The notes: generated from the sequence alone by a model not told the origin. Positions 54,619-64,000 are shown, numbered from the stretch's first letter. The stretch is 64,000 nt of DNA from an uncultured bacterium (GCA_949297765.1 CASFTV010000007.1:47260-111259), one strand, 5' to 3'. Numbers and translations are program-made.

Positions 54619-56204
54619 CACTCAGACTGACCGGAGTCCTTCTTCTTCTCGGAGCGGTTCTCGCCGTTCCCTTTCTCTTCCGTCCCTCCGGCCCGAAAGC
54701 CGGGACCCCGGCGGAGGAGACGGAGCGTCTCGTGATCCTCACCCCGCACAACGAAACCATCAAGACCGAATGGGAACAGGCATTCCGCAAACATTACCGG
54801 AAAAAATACGGAAAGGAGATCATTCTCGACTACCGCGCACCCGGCGGAACCTCCGACATCATGCGCTATATCGCAGACCGCTATCAGACCGAATTCCGCC
54901 GTTACTGCGAAACACACGGCCTCCCCTGGAACGAGCGGACCGCAGCCGCATTCTCCCGCGATCCGAAACCCGATGCGCCGGAAGAAGCCAGGGCCGCCCG
55001 CAAAGCCTTCCTGAATTCCGATGTCTCCATCGGGGTTGATCTGATGGCGGGCGGAGGCGTGTTCGAACTGGGCCGCAACGCCGCGGCCGGATTCGCGGTC
55101 GACGCGGGCATCCGGAAAAAACATCCCGAACTGCTCCGCGAGGAAATCATCCCCCAGTCGTTCGGAGGGGAACTGCTGTACGATCCGGAAGGACGATACT
55201 ACGGACTTTGTCTTTCCACATTCGGAATCTGCTACAACACCGACCGTCTGAAGGAACTCAAGGATAAGACTCCGCCCCGCCGCTGGGCGGATCTGGCCGA
55301 GCCGCGCTTCTTCAACCGGATCGTCATCGGCGATCCGGGGAAATCCGGTTCGATCAACAAATGTTTCGAGGTGATGATCCAGCAGAAGATGGCGGAACGC
55401 AACTCGCCGGAACAGGGATGGCGGGATGGACTCAACCTCATCAAACGGATTGTCGCCAATGCGTCCACCGTCACGGACAGCGCGGGAAAGGTCACGCGGG
55501 ACGTTGCGTCCGGCGCCGCCGCGGCCGGCATGGCGATCGACACCTACGGACTCACCGAACGGGAATGGAGCGGAATCCAGTTCCGCGGTGAACCTCATTT
55601 CAACTATGTCGCACCGGAAGGCGGCACGGCGGTCTCTCCCGATCCAATTCAGCTGCTGCGCGGAGCGCCGAACAAACGCGCCGCAGTGGAGCTGATCGCG
55701 TTCCTGCTCTCTCCGGAAGGGCAGAAACTCCTCTGCTTCAAGCCCGGGACGCCGGGCGGTCCTGTAAAAAGCGCGCTGCGCCGTCCGCCGATCCGCCGCG
55801 ATCTCTATGCGCCGGAATATGAAAAATACCGTTCCGATCCCGACTACAATCCCTATGCTTCGGGCTCGTCGTTCACCTATCACCCGGAGTGGACCGGCCG
55901 CTACTATACGCTCCTGCGGGTGCTGCTGAACACCATCATGCTGGACTGCCGGGAGGAGCTTCGCGACGCATGGAAAGCGATCATCGACGCGGGCGGACCC
56001 GAAGCGGTCCCCGAAGCCATGGCGTATTTCAACCGTCTCCCCTTTGAATACAAGGATGCCGACGCGGCCGTCCGGAGTCTCCGCCGGAGCGAAACGCGCT
56101 CGGCGGTCGACATTGCCCGGACCAAGCGGGAGTGGCGCGACACCATGCGGGCCAACTATCGGAAAGCCGCGGAACTGGCAAGAAAGAAAGGAACCGGAAA
56201 ATGA
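54615..56204 (+). CDS. ABC transporter periplasmic substrate-binding protein (Fe3+/polyamine-type fold)
   Basis: N-terminal anchor/signal LTGVLLLLGAVLAVPFLF. LVILTPHNETIKTEWEQAF start. ATGA overlap with the AraC stop. Confidence 0.75.
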   Translation: MTLRLTGVLLLLGAVLAVPFLFRPSGPKAGTPAEETERLVILTPHNETIKTEWEQAFRKHYRKKYGKEIILDYRAPGGTSDIMRYIADRYQTEFRRYCETHGLPWNERTAAAFSRDPKPDAPEEARAARKAFLNSDVSIGVDLMAGGGVFELGRNAAAGFAVDAGIRKKHPELLREEIIPQSFGGELLYDPEGRYYGLCLSTFGICYNTDRLKELKDKTPPRRWADLAEPRFFNRIVIGDPGKSGSINKCFEVMIQQKMAERNSPEQGWRDGLNLIKRIVANASTVTDSAGKVTRDVASGAAAAGMAIDTYGLTEREWSGIQFRGEPHFNYVAPEGGTAVSPDPIQLLRGAPNKRAAVELIAFLLSPEGQKLLCFKPGTPGGPVKSALRRPPIRRDLYAPEYEKYRSDPDYNPYASGSSFTYHPEWTGRYYTLLRVLLNTIMLDCREELRDAWKAIIDAGGPEAVPEAMAYFNRLPFEYKDADAAVRSLRRSETRSAVDIARTKREWRDTMRANYRKAAELARKKGTGK

Positions 56205-57862
56205 AACTCTTCCGCTGGATATTTGCTCTTCTGATTACGGTTTTTCTGTTTCTGTTTCTTCTGCTTCCGATCTACACGGTCGTGGCGGAAGGGCTGAACC
56301 CGGCGCTGATCCGGGAAGTCTTTTCCAACTTCATCTATCTGGAGGGACTGCTGAACTCCTTCAAGATTGCGGCGGTCACGACATTTCTTGTGTTTCTGAT
56401 TGCGCTTCCGATGGCGTTTTTGTACGACGCCTACGATTTTCCGGGAAAAGGGATCACCAATCTTGCGGCGATGATCCCGATGATCCTGCCGCCCTTTGTC
56501 GGGGCGCTCGGATTCCAGCAGATTCTCGGGCACTACGGAGTGCTGAACACGATTCTGGTCTCCTGGGGATGTGACCGGATTGATTTTCTGGGCGGAGAGG
56601 GACGGTTCTGGTCGATCTGCCTGATCGAAGCGCTTCACCTGTATCCGATTCTTTATTTGAATCTGGTGTCGTCGCTGGGGAATATTGATCCGGCGATGCG
56701 GGAGGCGGCGCGGAACATCGGCGCGGGATTCTTCCGGAGATTTTTCCGGATCACGCTGCCGCTGCTGAAGCCGGGAATTCTCGCGGGAGGAAGCATCGTT
56801 CTGATCTGGAGCTTCACGGAGCTCGGAACGCCGCTGATGTTCGGCTACAACCGCGTGACGCCGGTCCAGATTCTCAACGGACTGACCGAGCTGGAAACCA
56901 ATCCGGAACCGTATGCACTCGTGACGGTGATGCTGATTCTCTCCTCGCTGATGTATCTGCTGGCGAAAGGAATTCTCCGGACGGCGGCGGGAACGTCGGT
57001 GAAAGGATCGGTGCAGGGAGCGCCGGCGCAGCTCTCCGGAATCCGCGGATTCCTGCCGCATCTCTTCTTTATCCCGGTGACACTGCTGGCGGCGCTGCCC
57101 CATATCGCGCTGGTGCTGACCGCGTTCTCGCTGAACTGGTACGGGACGCTTCTTCCGGAGCACTGGTCGCTGCTGAATTTTGAAAACGCACTGACAAACA
57201 AACTGGTGGTGCCGAGCATTCTGAACAGTCTGCGTTACTCGTCGCTGGCGATGCTGGCGGCGCTGGCGGCGGGACTGCTGATCGCGCTGATCGTCCAGCG
57301 GTGGAAACTGCCGTTCGCATGGATTCTCGACGCACTGGGCATGCTGCCGCTGGCCGTGCCGGGAATCGTGGTGGCGTTCGGCTATCTGGGAATGTCGGTG
57401 GAGTACCGCTGGGCGGCGGAGATCTTCAATCCGCAGGACAATCCTCTGTGGCTGCTCTCCATCGCATATGCGGTCCGGCGCCTGCCGTATGTGCTCCGTT
57501 CGGTGAGCGCGGGACTCGAACAGACGCCGCAGGAACTGGAGGAAGCCGCCCGGACCTTCGGAGCCGGACCCGTCCGCACGCTCCGGAAGATCACTCTTCC
57601 GCTGATCGCGGCAAATCTGCTGGTGGGAGCGCTGTTCGCATTCAGCTTCTCGATGCTGGAAGTTTCGGACTCGCTGATTCTCGCGCAGAAGGCGGACTAT
57701 TTCCCGATCACGCGGGCGATTTTCGATCTTTCGCAGATTCTCGGATCCGGCCCCTTCACGGCATGTGCGTTCGGAGTCTGGACGATGGTGTTCCTCGCAT
57801 CGACTCTGGCGGCGGCAGGCGTGATCCTCGGGAGGAAAATCGGCTCCGTCTTCCGGATCTGA
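56201..57862 (+). CDS. ABC transporter permease, duplicated (two-module, FbpB-like)
   Basis: Trimmed to the ATG at 56201 (MKLFRWIFALLITVFLF; ATGA overlap with the SBP stop). About 12 TMs in two similar halves, each with an EAA-type loop (AMREAARNIGAG / ELEEAARTFGAG). Confidence 0.85.
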   Translation: MKLFRWIFALLITVFLFLFLLLPIYTVVAEGLNPALIREVFSNFIYLEGLLNSFKIAAVTTFLVFLIALPMAFLYDAYDFPGKGITNLAAMIPMILPPFVGALGFQQILGHYGVLNTILVSWGCDRIDFLGGEGRFWSICLIEALHLYPILYLNLVSSLGNIDPAMREAARNIGAGFFRRFFRITLPLLKPGILAGGSIVLIWSFTELGTPLMFGYNRVTPVQILNGLTELETNPEPYALVTVMLILSSLMYLLAKGILRTAAGTSVKGSVQGAPAQLSGIRGFLPHLFFIPVTLLAALPHIALVLTAFSLNWYGTLLPEHWSLLNFENALTNKLVVPSILNSLRYSSLAMLAALAAGLLIALIVQRWKLPFAWILDALGMLPLAVPGIVVAFGYLGMSVEYRWAAEIFNPQDNPLWLLSIAYAVRRLPYVLRSVSAGLEQTPQELEEAARTFGAGPVRTLRKITLPLIAANLLVGALFAFSFSMLEVSDSLILAQKADYFPITRAIFDLSQILGSGPFTACAFGVWTMVFLASTLAAAGVILGRKIGSVFRI

Positions 57863-57964
57863 TGCCGGACGGAGATTCGTCGGGAAATCCACGTTGTTTT
57901 TCTGCAATCCTGTGCTATATTGCTCCCTGATAAAATCAACAACACAGGCGGAAGGAGACCGATC

Positions 57965-59338
57965 ATGGCTTTATGGGGCGGAAGATTTTCCGAGAACGCG
58001 GCGAAAAGCGTTCAGGATTTTACAGAATCAATCTCGTTTGACAAACGACTCTACCGGCACGACATCGCGGGGAGCAAAGCCCATGCAGCCATGCTCGGAG
58101 CCACCGGCATCATTCCGCAGAAGTCCGCGGAGGAGATCATCGCGCATCTGGACAAGGTCCGGGAGATGATCGAACAGGGAAAGATCCGGTACGACGTTGC
58201 GCTGGAAGATATCCACATGCACGTCGAAACCGAACTGATCCGCCTTCTCGGGGACGAGGGGGCGCGCGTTCACAGCGCCCGCAGCCGGAACGATCAGGTG
58301 GCGCTCGACACCCGGCTCTATCTGCGCGACGAGATTCTTGAAATCATCGACGGAATCCGGCATCTCCAGCGTGCGCTTCTCGGCCAGGCGGAAACCAATA
58401 AACGCACGATTCTCCCCGGCTTCACCCATCTTCAGCACGCGCAGCCGGTGCTGTTCGCGCATCATCTTCTGGCGTATGTGGAGCAGTTCGACCGCGACAT
58501 CGGACGGCTGACCGACTGCCGGACCCGTCTGAATGTGATGCCGCTCGGATCCGGGGCGCTCGCCGGATCAACCCTTCCGATCGACCGGGAATTCGTCCGC
58601 AAGGCGCTGGATTTCCCCGCCTGCACGCGGAACAGCATGGACTCCGTGGCGGATCGCGATTTCGCCTGCGAACTGCTCGCGGCACTGGCGATTTTCTCCA
58701 TGCACATTTCCCGTCTTTCGGAAGACATCATTCTGTGGATGTCGCAGGAATTCCGCTTTGTGGAGCTGTCCGATGCGTTCTGCACCGGTTCCAGTCTGAT
58801 GCCGCAGAAGAAGAATCCGGACATCGCGGAGATCTCGCGGGGGAAAACCGGCCGCATGTACGGCAATCTGACCGCCATGCTGACCATCTGCAAAGGGCTG
58901 CCGATGACCTACAACCGCGATCTTCAGGAGGACAAGGAACCGCTGTTCGATTCCATTGATACAGCGAAAGGAATTCTTTCCGTCTATCCGGCGATGATCG
59001 CCACGATGAAGACCAATCCCGACCGGATGCTGGAAGCGGCCTCCGATCCGGGGCTGATGGCGACCGATCTGGCGGAGGCGCTGGTTCGCAAGGGAGTCCC
59101 CTTCCGCCATGCGCATCACAAAGTCGGCGCGCTGGTCCGCTACTGCGCGGAGCACGGAAAGGAGATGAATGCTCTTTCCGCCGGGGAGATGCGGAACGTC
59201 ATTCCGGAAGCGGATGAATCCATGCTGAAACTCTTTTCCCCAGTCTCCGCGGTGACGCTGCGCAAATCCTACGGAGGAACCGGATATGAACAGGTGGCCT
59301 CCCAGCTCGCATACTGGAAAGAGAAACTCGGAGAGTAA
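57965..59338 (+). CDS. argH: Argininosuccinate lyase
   Basis: MALWGGRFSE ... fumarate-lyase signature GSSLMPQKKNPD. GGAAGGAG SD. Confidence 0.95.
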   Translation: MALWGGRFSENAAKSVQDFTESISFDKRLYRHDIAGSKAHAAMLGATGIIPQKSAEEIIAHLDKVREMIEQGKIRYDVALEDIHMHVETELIRLLGDEGARVHSARSRNDQVALDTRLYLRDEILEIIDGIRHLQRALLGQAETNKRTILPGFTHLQHAQPVLFAHHLLAYVEQFDRDIGRLTDCRTRLNVMPLGSGALAGSTLPIDREFVRKALDFPACTRNSMDSVADRDFACELLAALAIFSMHISRLSEDIILWMSQEFRFVELSDAFCTGSSLMPQKKNPDIAEISRGKTGRMYGNLTAMLTICKGLPMTYNRDLQEDKEPLFDSIDTAKGILSVYPAMIATMKTNPDRMLEAASDPGLMATDLAEALVRKGVPFRHAHHKVGALVRYCAEHGKEMNALSAGEMRNVIPEADESMLKLFSPVSAVTLRKSYGGTGYEQVASQLAYWKEKLGE

Positions 59339-59344
59339 GAGCCG

Positions 59345-59947
59345 ATGAAATTCCGTGCGTTGACCGTTCTGTTCGCCGTTCTGCTTTCCCCGCTGCTTCT
59401 CCGCGCCGCCGGAGAACGGGGGGAAACGCTCTACGAACGCCGGAGCGCCCGGGAAAGCTATGTGGATGAGGAAACCGGCGTGACCCTGCCTCCGCGGATC
59501 GGACGATTCCAAAAAACGGAAGTGGTGAAAAATTTCAATCCGCTGATCGGAACAGTTGTCCGCTATTCCGATCCGGACGGGAACTGCGCGGATGTCTATA
59601 TCTATTCCCTGAGCGGCGCCGGACGGGTCATCTCCGCGGAAGAGGCGCTGGACCATTTCCGGACCATCCGCCGCGCCATCGTCAGTCTTCCCCGGAAGAG
59701 CACTCAGGTTTCGGAGGTGCTTCCTCTGGAGGAGAAGGCTCTGAACGAGCCGCCGAACATCCGCGGACGCTGTGCCTCATTCCGGATCAAAATCGCAGGA
59801 GATTTCCGGACCTCCGATCTTGCGGTCTTCCCGTTCGGGTCAAAAATCATCAAGCTGCGCATTTCCTCTTCGCCCTATGCGCCGAAGGATGAGGATCTCT
59901 CCTACTTCACCAAAGCGGTGTGCGCAGCGTTCAATGCGGTCAAGTAA
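59345..59947 (+). CDS. Secreted hypothetical protein
   Basis: Signal peptide MKFRALTVLFAVLLSPLLLRAAGE. No family recognised. Confidence 0.6.
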   Translation: MKFRALTVLFAVLLSPLLLRAAGERGETLYERRSARESYVDEETGVTLPPRIGRFQKTEVVKNFNPLIGTVVRYSDPDGNCADVYIYSLSGAGRVISAEEALDHFRTIRRAIVSLPRKSTQVSEVLPLEEKALNEPPNIRGRCASFRIKIAGDFRTSDLAVFPFGSKIIKLRISSSPYAPKDEDLSYFTKAVCAAFNAVK

Positions 59948-60089
59948 GGTTCCGGAACCGGAACCGGATGTTCGTTTTGTATAAAAAGTTGTTTGCTTCC
60001 TATATTTGAAAATCCTGTTCGGGGAGTATATTTTCCTCAGTTCCGAAATGTTTCGGGGCGAAAAAAAACAAAAAAAAGGATCAGGAAAC

Positions 60090-60857
60090 ATGAAACAGTC
60101 GCAACTGGGAGCGCAGCTTTTCAGCTTCCGCGAATTCATCAAAACACCGGAAGAGGTCCGCAGCACACTGCGGGAAATCAGAAAAATGGGATATGAGGCG
60201 GTTCAGCTTTCCAGCTCAATTGCTCCTATGCCGAATGCGGAGCTTTCCGCGATGCTGAAGGAGAATAGACTCTATACGTGTTCCAGTCACGATCCGGCGG
60301 ACCGGATTCTGGAAGCGCCGGATGCGGTCGGCGAACGTCTCCGGGAACTCGAATGCCCGCATTGCGCTGTTCCGTTTCCGCCGTACACGTTTCCGGCGTC
60401 GGAGGAGGAGGTAATCCATCTGGCGGAGAAGATCAACAGCTCCGCGCGGGTTCTCCGCAAATACGGAGTCACCCTTTCCTACCACAACCACAGTCATGAG
60501 TTCCAGCAGTTCAACGGGAAGCGGATGCTCGACATCATCTACGCGAACGCGCCGGACATTCAGGCGGAACTCGACACCTTCTGGGTGCAGCGCGGCGGAG
60601 GGAATCCCGAACGCTGGATCCTCCGGTTCCCCGGCCGGACCGATGTTCTCCATATCAAGGATTACGGCATCGAGCCGCCGAACGAGATCGTCATGCGGCC
60701 GATCGGCGACGGAAATCTGGACTGGAAGAATCTCTTCGCCGCCGCCGAACAGTGCGGGGTGAAATACTATGTGGTGGAGCATGACGGGAACTGTCCCGAT
60801 CCGTTCGATTCCTTCCGCAGGAGCGCGGAGTTCCTGCGGAAGAATTATATCCGCTGA
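60090..60857 (+). CDS. Sugar phosphate isomerase/epimerase (xylose-isomerase-like TIM barrel)
   Basis: Trimmed to the ATG at 60090 (MKQSQLGAQLFSFREF). YHNHSHEF and HIKD motifs. Confidence 0.8.
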   Translation: MKQSQLGAQLFSFREFIKTPEEVRSTLREIRKMGYEAVQLSSSIAPMPNAELSAMLKENRLYTCSSHDPADRILEAPDAVGERLRELECPHCAVPFPPYTFPASEEEVIHLAEKINSSARVLRKYGVTLSYHNHSHEFQQFNGKRMLDIIYANAPDIQAELDTFWVQRGGGNPERWILRFPGRTDVLHIKDYGIEPPNEIVMRPIGDGNLDWKNLFAAAEQCGVKYYVVEHDGNCPDPFDSFRRSAEFLRKNYIR

Positions 60858-60879
60858 ATGACAGGAAGGAACTGCTGCA

Positions 60880-61671
60880 ATGAGAAAAATCAAAGTCACC
60901 ATCTGGAATGAGTTCGTTCACGAACAGAGCGAGGGAAAGCTCGGAGACTACATCCGGAAGATTTATCCGAAAGGGATCCATGCGGTCCTTCAGGAAGCGC
61001 TTCAGGCAGAGGATCTGGAAATCCGCACGGCCACGCTCGACATGCCGGAACAGGGGCTTCCCGACGCTCTGCTCAACGATACCGATGTGCTGCTCTGGTG
61101 GGGACACTGCGCCCACGGGAAGGTGGAGGATGCTCTGGTGGACCGCATCCAGTTCCGAGTTCTGCACGGAATGGGTCTGATCGTTCTGCACTCCGGACAC
61201 ATGTCGAAGATCTTCCGCCGGATGATGGGAACTGCGTGCCGTCTGCACTGGCGCGAAGTCGGAGAGAAGGAACGGCTCTGGGTGGTCGATCCGACGCATC
61301 CGATCGCCCGGGGAATTCCGGAAACCTTTGTCATTCCCCATTCCGAAATGTACGGGGAACGCTTCGATATTCCCGACGACGGGAAAATCGTTTTCATGTC
61401 CTGGTACGAGGGCGGCAACGTCTTCCGCAGCGGCGTGGCGTTCCAGAGGGATTACGGAAAGATCTTCTATTTCTCTCCCGGTCACGAAAGCTATCCGATC
61501 TATCACGATCCGAATGTGCAGAAGGTTCTCGCCAACGCGATTCGGTGGGCGGCCCCGGCGGACGGCGTTCTCCCGGACCGCGTAACGCCGCAGCCCGACG
61601 CGCCCGAACGGATCACAACCGAAAATCCGCTGCGCGCGCTCGACACTTCGGAAATTCATAAAATTCAATAA
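60880..61671 (+). CDS. ThuA-domain protein (second copy)
   Basis: IWNEFVHEQ ... [12 protein letters not shown] ... LIVLHSGHMSKIF ... FYFSPGHESYPIYHDP. Clearly paralogous to 52888..53643. Confidence 0.85.
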   Translation: MRKIKVTIWNEFVHEQSEGKLGDYIRKIYPKGIHAVLQEALQAEDLEIRTATLDMPEQGLPDALLNDTDVLLWWGHCAHGKVEDALVDRIQFRVLHGMGLIVLHSGHMSKIFRRMMGTACRLHWREVGEKERLWVVDPTHPIARGIPETFVIPHSEMYGERFDIPDDGKIVFMSWYEGGNVFRSGVAFQRDYGKIFYFSPGHESYPIYHDPNVQKVLANAIRWAAPADGVLPDRVTPQPDAPERITTENPLRALDTSEIHKIQ

Positions 61672-61686
61672 GGAGAGACGGGAATC

Positions 61687-62751
61687 ATGGAAAAATTAAA
61701 AGTCGGAATTGTCGGAGTCGGAAGAATTGGCGGGAATCACGCGGAGGAGATCGGGGGGATGCCGGACAAGTTCGAACTTGTCGCCTGTGCGGACCACGAT
61801 CCGGAGCGGCTGGTGAAAGATGTTCCCGAACAGCTGAAAAATGTGGCGAAATATCCGTCGCTGGAAGAGATGCTGAAGCATCCCGGACTGGACATGGTGA
61901 CCATCGGGGTCCGTCATCCGGACCATGTCCCGATGGCGATTCAGATTCTGGAGGCGGGCAAGATCGCCGTCGTGGAGAAGCCGGTCGCGACCAGCGTCGC
62001 GGAGATGGAACATCTCCTTGCGGTGGCGAAGAAACATCCGCACAAGCTGTTTCTCCGTCACAACCGGCGGTTTGAACCGGCCTTCATCAAAGTCCGCGAG
62101 CTGATGAATTCGGGTCTGATCGGAGAAGTGCAGTACATCAAGCTCTACCGCAGCGTCGGATTCTGCCGCCGCAACGACTGGATGACCATGACCGAATTCT
62201 ACGGCGGACTGCTTTCCAACTGGGGACCGCATCTGATCGACCAGGCGCTCCGTCTTCTGGATTCTCCGGTGGTCGATCTCTGGGCCGACGTCCGCCGCGT
62301 GGTCTCCATCGGCGACGGTGACGACCTGTTCAAAATCCTCCTCAAAGCGGAAAACGGCCGTCTTGCCGATATTGAAGTCACCGGGGCCAACACGATGCCC
62401 GGTCGCGAAATGGAGATCATCGGCTCGCGCGGAACGATCGTCTACAGCGACGGCAAGATCAAGGCTCGCTATATTGATCCCTCCGTCGAACTGAAGGATC
62501 TGAAACCGCATCCGGAAAATCCGCCGAAGCGCTACGGCAACTTCGATGAAACGCTCTATTTCGTGAACGCGGAATACGAGTGTCCGAAAATCTCCCAGAC
62601 CGTCCTCTGGACCTACCTCTATGACGAGGTCACCAAAGGAATCCCCTCCCCCATCAAACTGGAGGAAGGACTCGAAACGGTCCGCATCACCGAAGAGGCA
62701 TTCCGGAAAAGCGGATTCAAACCGATCCTGAACTACCACTCGAAGGCATAA
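61687..62751 (+). CDS. Gfo/Idh/MocA family oxidoreductase (second copy)
   Basis: KVGIVGVGRIGGNHA Rossmann motif. Confidence 0.85.
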   Translation: MEKLKVGIVGVGRIGGNHAEEIGGMPDKFELVACADHDPERLVKDVPEQLKNVAKYPSLEEMLKHPGLDMVTIGVRHPDHVPMAIQILEAGKIAVVEKPVATSVAEMEHLLAVAKKHPHKLFLRHNRRFEPAFIKVRELMNSGLIGEVQYIKLYRSVGFCRRNDWMTMTEFYGGLLSNWGPHLIDQALRLLDSPVVDLWADVRRVVSIGDGDDLFKILLKAENGRLADIEVTGANTMPGREMEIIGSRGTIVYSDGKIKARYIDPSVELKDLKPHPENPPKRYGNFDETLYFVNAEYECPKISQTVLWTYLYDEVTKGIPSPIKLEEGLETVRITEEAFRKSGFKPILNYHSKA

Positions 62752-62777
62752 CACCGTCAAAACCGGACTTCGACACC

Positions 62778-62816
62778 GCCGGACTGCGGAGAAATCCCGC
62801 GGTCCGGCTTTTTTTT
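62778..62816 (+). terminator. Rho-independent terminator after the oxidoreductase gene
   Basis: GCCGGAC-TGCGG-AGAAATC-CCGC-G-GTCCGGC nested stem followed by a T8 run. Confidence 0.7.
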
Positions 62817-63373
62817 CAGGGGAGAGAGGAATCCGGAAATCCGGCGGCATTCCGGGGAGAACGGATCGTGTAGAGCAGATGCGGCATGATTTTTCCGTCC
62901 ACCTGTTTGTCGAAGCGGCCCGAAAGACGCATGCCGAGACGCTCCGCAACGCGGATGGACCGGAGGTTCATCGGACGGATGTCGGCGATGACCGATTCCG
63001 CATTCAGCGTGCCGAACGCATAGTCGAGACACGCCTTCGCCCCTTCGAGAGCATATCCGTTTCCCCAGAACTTCCGGATCAGAATCCAGCCGACACCAAG
63101 GAGATTCCGGCCGTCAATCGTCTCCGGCAGCAGGCCGATCTGCCCGACCGGGGTTCCGGTGGATTTTTCCAGAGCAAGCCAGTAGCCGTAACCGAAGGTC
63201 CGGCAGCGCTCTTCATTGCGGGCGATCCATGCCCGGATTTCCGCGTCCGGGAACGTCCGCTCCCATGCCGCCATGACCAGAGGGTCCCGGAGCATCGCGC
63301 AGAGTGCGGGAAAATCGTTTTCATTCATTTCCCGGAGGAACAGACGCTCCGTTTCGAGTCTGTTCGTTTTCAT
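62816..63373 (-). CDS. GNAT family N-acetyltransferase (RimJ/RimL-like)
   Basis: Trimmed to the ATG at 63373 (MKTNRLETERLFLREMNENDF). GNAT core FWGNGYALEGAKACLDYAF. Confidence 0.8.
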   Translation of the reverse strand: MKTNRLETERLFLREMNENDFPALCAMLRDPLVMAAWERTFPDAEIRAWIARNEERCRTFGYGYWLALEKSTGTPVGQIGLLPETIDGRNLLGVGWILIRKFWGNGYALEGAKACLDYAFGTLNAESVIADIRPMNLRSIRVAERLGMRLSGRFDKQVDGKIMPHLLYTIRSPRNAAGFPDSSLP

Positions 63374-63575
63374 TGTCGCAGTTCCCTTCTCCGGAAATCC
63401 GGTGCTGTTTTTTCTGTAATCTGCCACATTTTCCGGGAAAATCAACTTTCCGGTCCGGAAAAGCCGTTCCGGAAGGCAAGATATCCGAAATTTAATTGCG
63501 GATTTCCCTTGAAAAACAGAGAGAGCCGTGTTATATGTTAGCATCCCTCAACAAGAGACAAAGGAGATAAAAAGT

Positions 63576-64000
63576 ATGAACTGGATTTTAGGAGCAGCGT
63601 CGGGAGGACTGCTGGCCGGCGGAATCATCATCACGATCTTTCTGCTGTTCATCCTCTTCATCATTCTGATCGGGATTGCGGCACGATACAAGAAATGCCC
63701 GTCGGATCAGGTGCTTGTGATTTTCGGAAAGACCCGCGGAGACAAGGCCGCACGGTGCATTCACGGCGGTGCAGCGTTCATCTGGCCGGTCTTCCAGGAT
63801 TATGGATTCCTCTCGCTGCGCCCGATGCAGATTGAAGTGAATCTGTCGAGTGCGCTGTGCAAACAGAATATCCGCATCAACGTGCCGTCGGTGTTCACCG
63901 TGGGCGTGAGCACGGACAACTCCCTGATGGGCAATGCGGCCAACCGCCTGCTCGGAATCTCGCAGGAGGAGATCGCGGATCTGGCAAAGGACATCATTTT
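63576..64000 (+). CDS. SPFH/flotillin-like protein, N-terminal part; runs off the right edge
   Basis: ATG at 63576 after an AAGGAG SD. My translation is MNWILGAASGGLLAGGIIITIFLLFILFIILIGIAARYKKCPSDQVLVIFGKTRG...FIWPVFQDYGFLSLRPMQIEVNL. A TM anchor precedes the band-7 start. Absent from the ORF track because there is no stop in the window. Confidence 0.8.
   Translation, partial: MNWILGAASGGLLAGGIIITIFLLFILFIILIGIAARYKKCPSDQVLVIFGKTRGDKAARCIHGGAAFIWPVFQDYGFLSLRPMQIEVNLSSALCKQNIRINVPSVFTVGVSTDNSLMGNAANRLLGISQEEIADLAKDII

Noticed and set aside
59948-59975. GGTTCCGGAACCGGAACCGG palindromic run after the hypothetical gene, considered as a terminator.
   Set aside because: The palindrome leaves no real loop, so only a 4-bp stem is possible, and the following T-stretch is interrupted (GTTCGTTTTG). 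The evidence is too weak to list as a feature.

Overview
GC-rich chromosomal window with no rRNA, tRNA, CRISPR array, transposase, integrase or phage gene that I can see. All family calls come from reading motifs in the translations; no searches were run. About 60 protein genes are supported.

Left to right the window contains:
- a glycyl-radical enzyme with the start of its activase;
- a polyamine block (speD-speE) with a CDF transporter;
- a first glycoside-hydrolase (GH) / LacI / pseudopilin operon;
- an unknown three-gene membrane/secreted operon;
- rpmB, thiE, a DMT transporter and copA;
- a radical SAM gene and an ABC/HlyD exporter;
- an 11-kb glycan-degradation locus at 26.6-37.5 kb (GH5, two GH16 paralogs, a 1023-aa GH, two pseudopilins, GntR and AraC regulators);
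- a truncated ribosomal-protein cluster, rplV to secY;
- glgC;
- two ThuA + Gfo/Idh/MocA pairs flanking an AraC-coupled ABC importer;
- argH, a GNAT gene and the start of a flotillin gene.

The many FxLxELL / H-X9-DG pseudopilin-like genes suggest a PVC-superphylum organism, Lentisphaerota/Victivallales-like. This is inference only.

Most interesting observations:
1. All three H-X9-DG pseudopilin genes are embedded in glycoside-hydrolase operons beside sugar regulators. Two modules keep the order enzyme > regulator > pilin even though the parts are not homologous.
2. A roughly 95-nt multi-hairpin repeat occurs three times with compensatory stem changes. Two copies are inverted and bracket one GH16 paralog.
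3. A 98-nt tract is identical between the otherwise diverged GH16 paralogs.
4. A 162-nt hairpin-rich spacer separates rplO from secY.
5. The AdoMetDC gene encodes a tandem, two-domain protein.
6. The three-gene operon at 13770-16731 has no assignable function.

Many whole-gene-length antisense ORFs in the track are codon-aligned shadows and were rejected.
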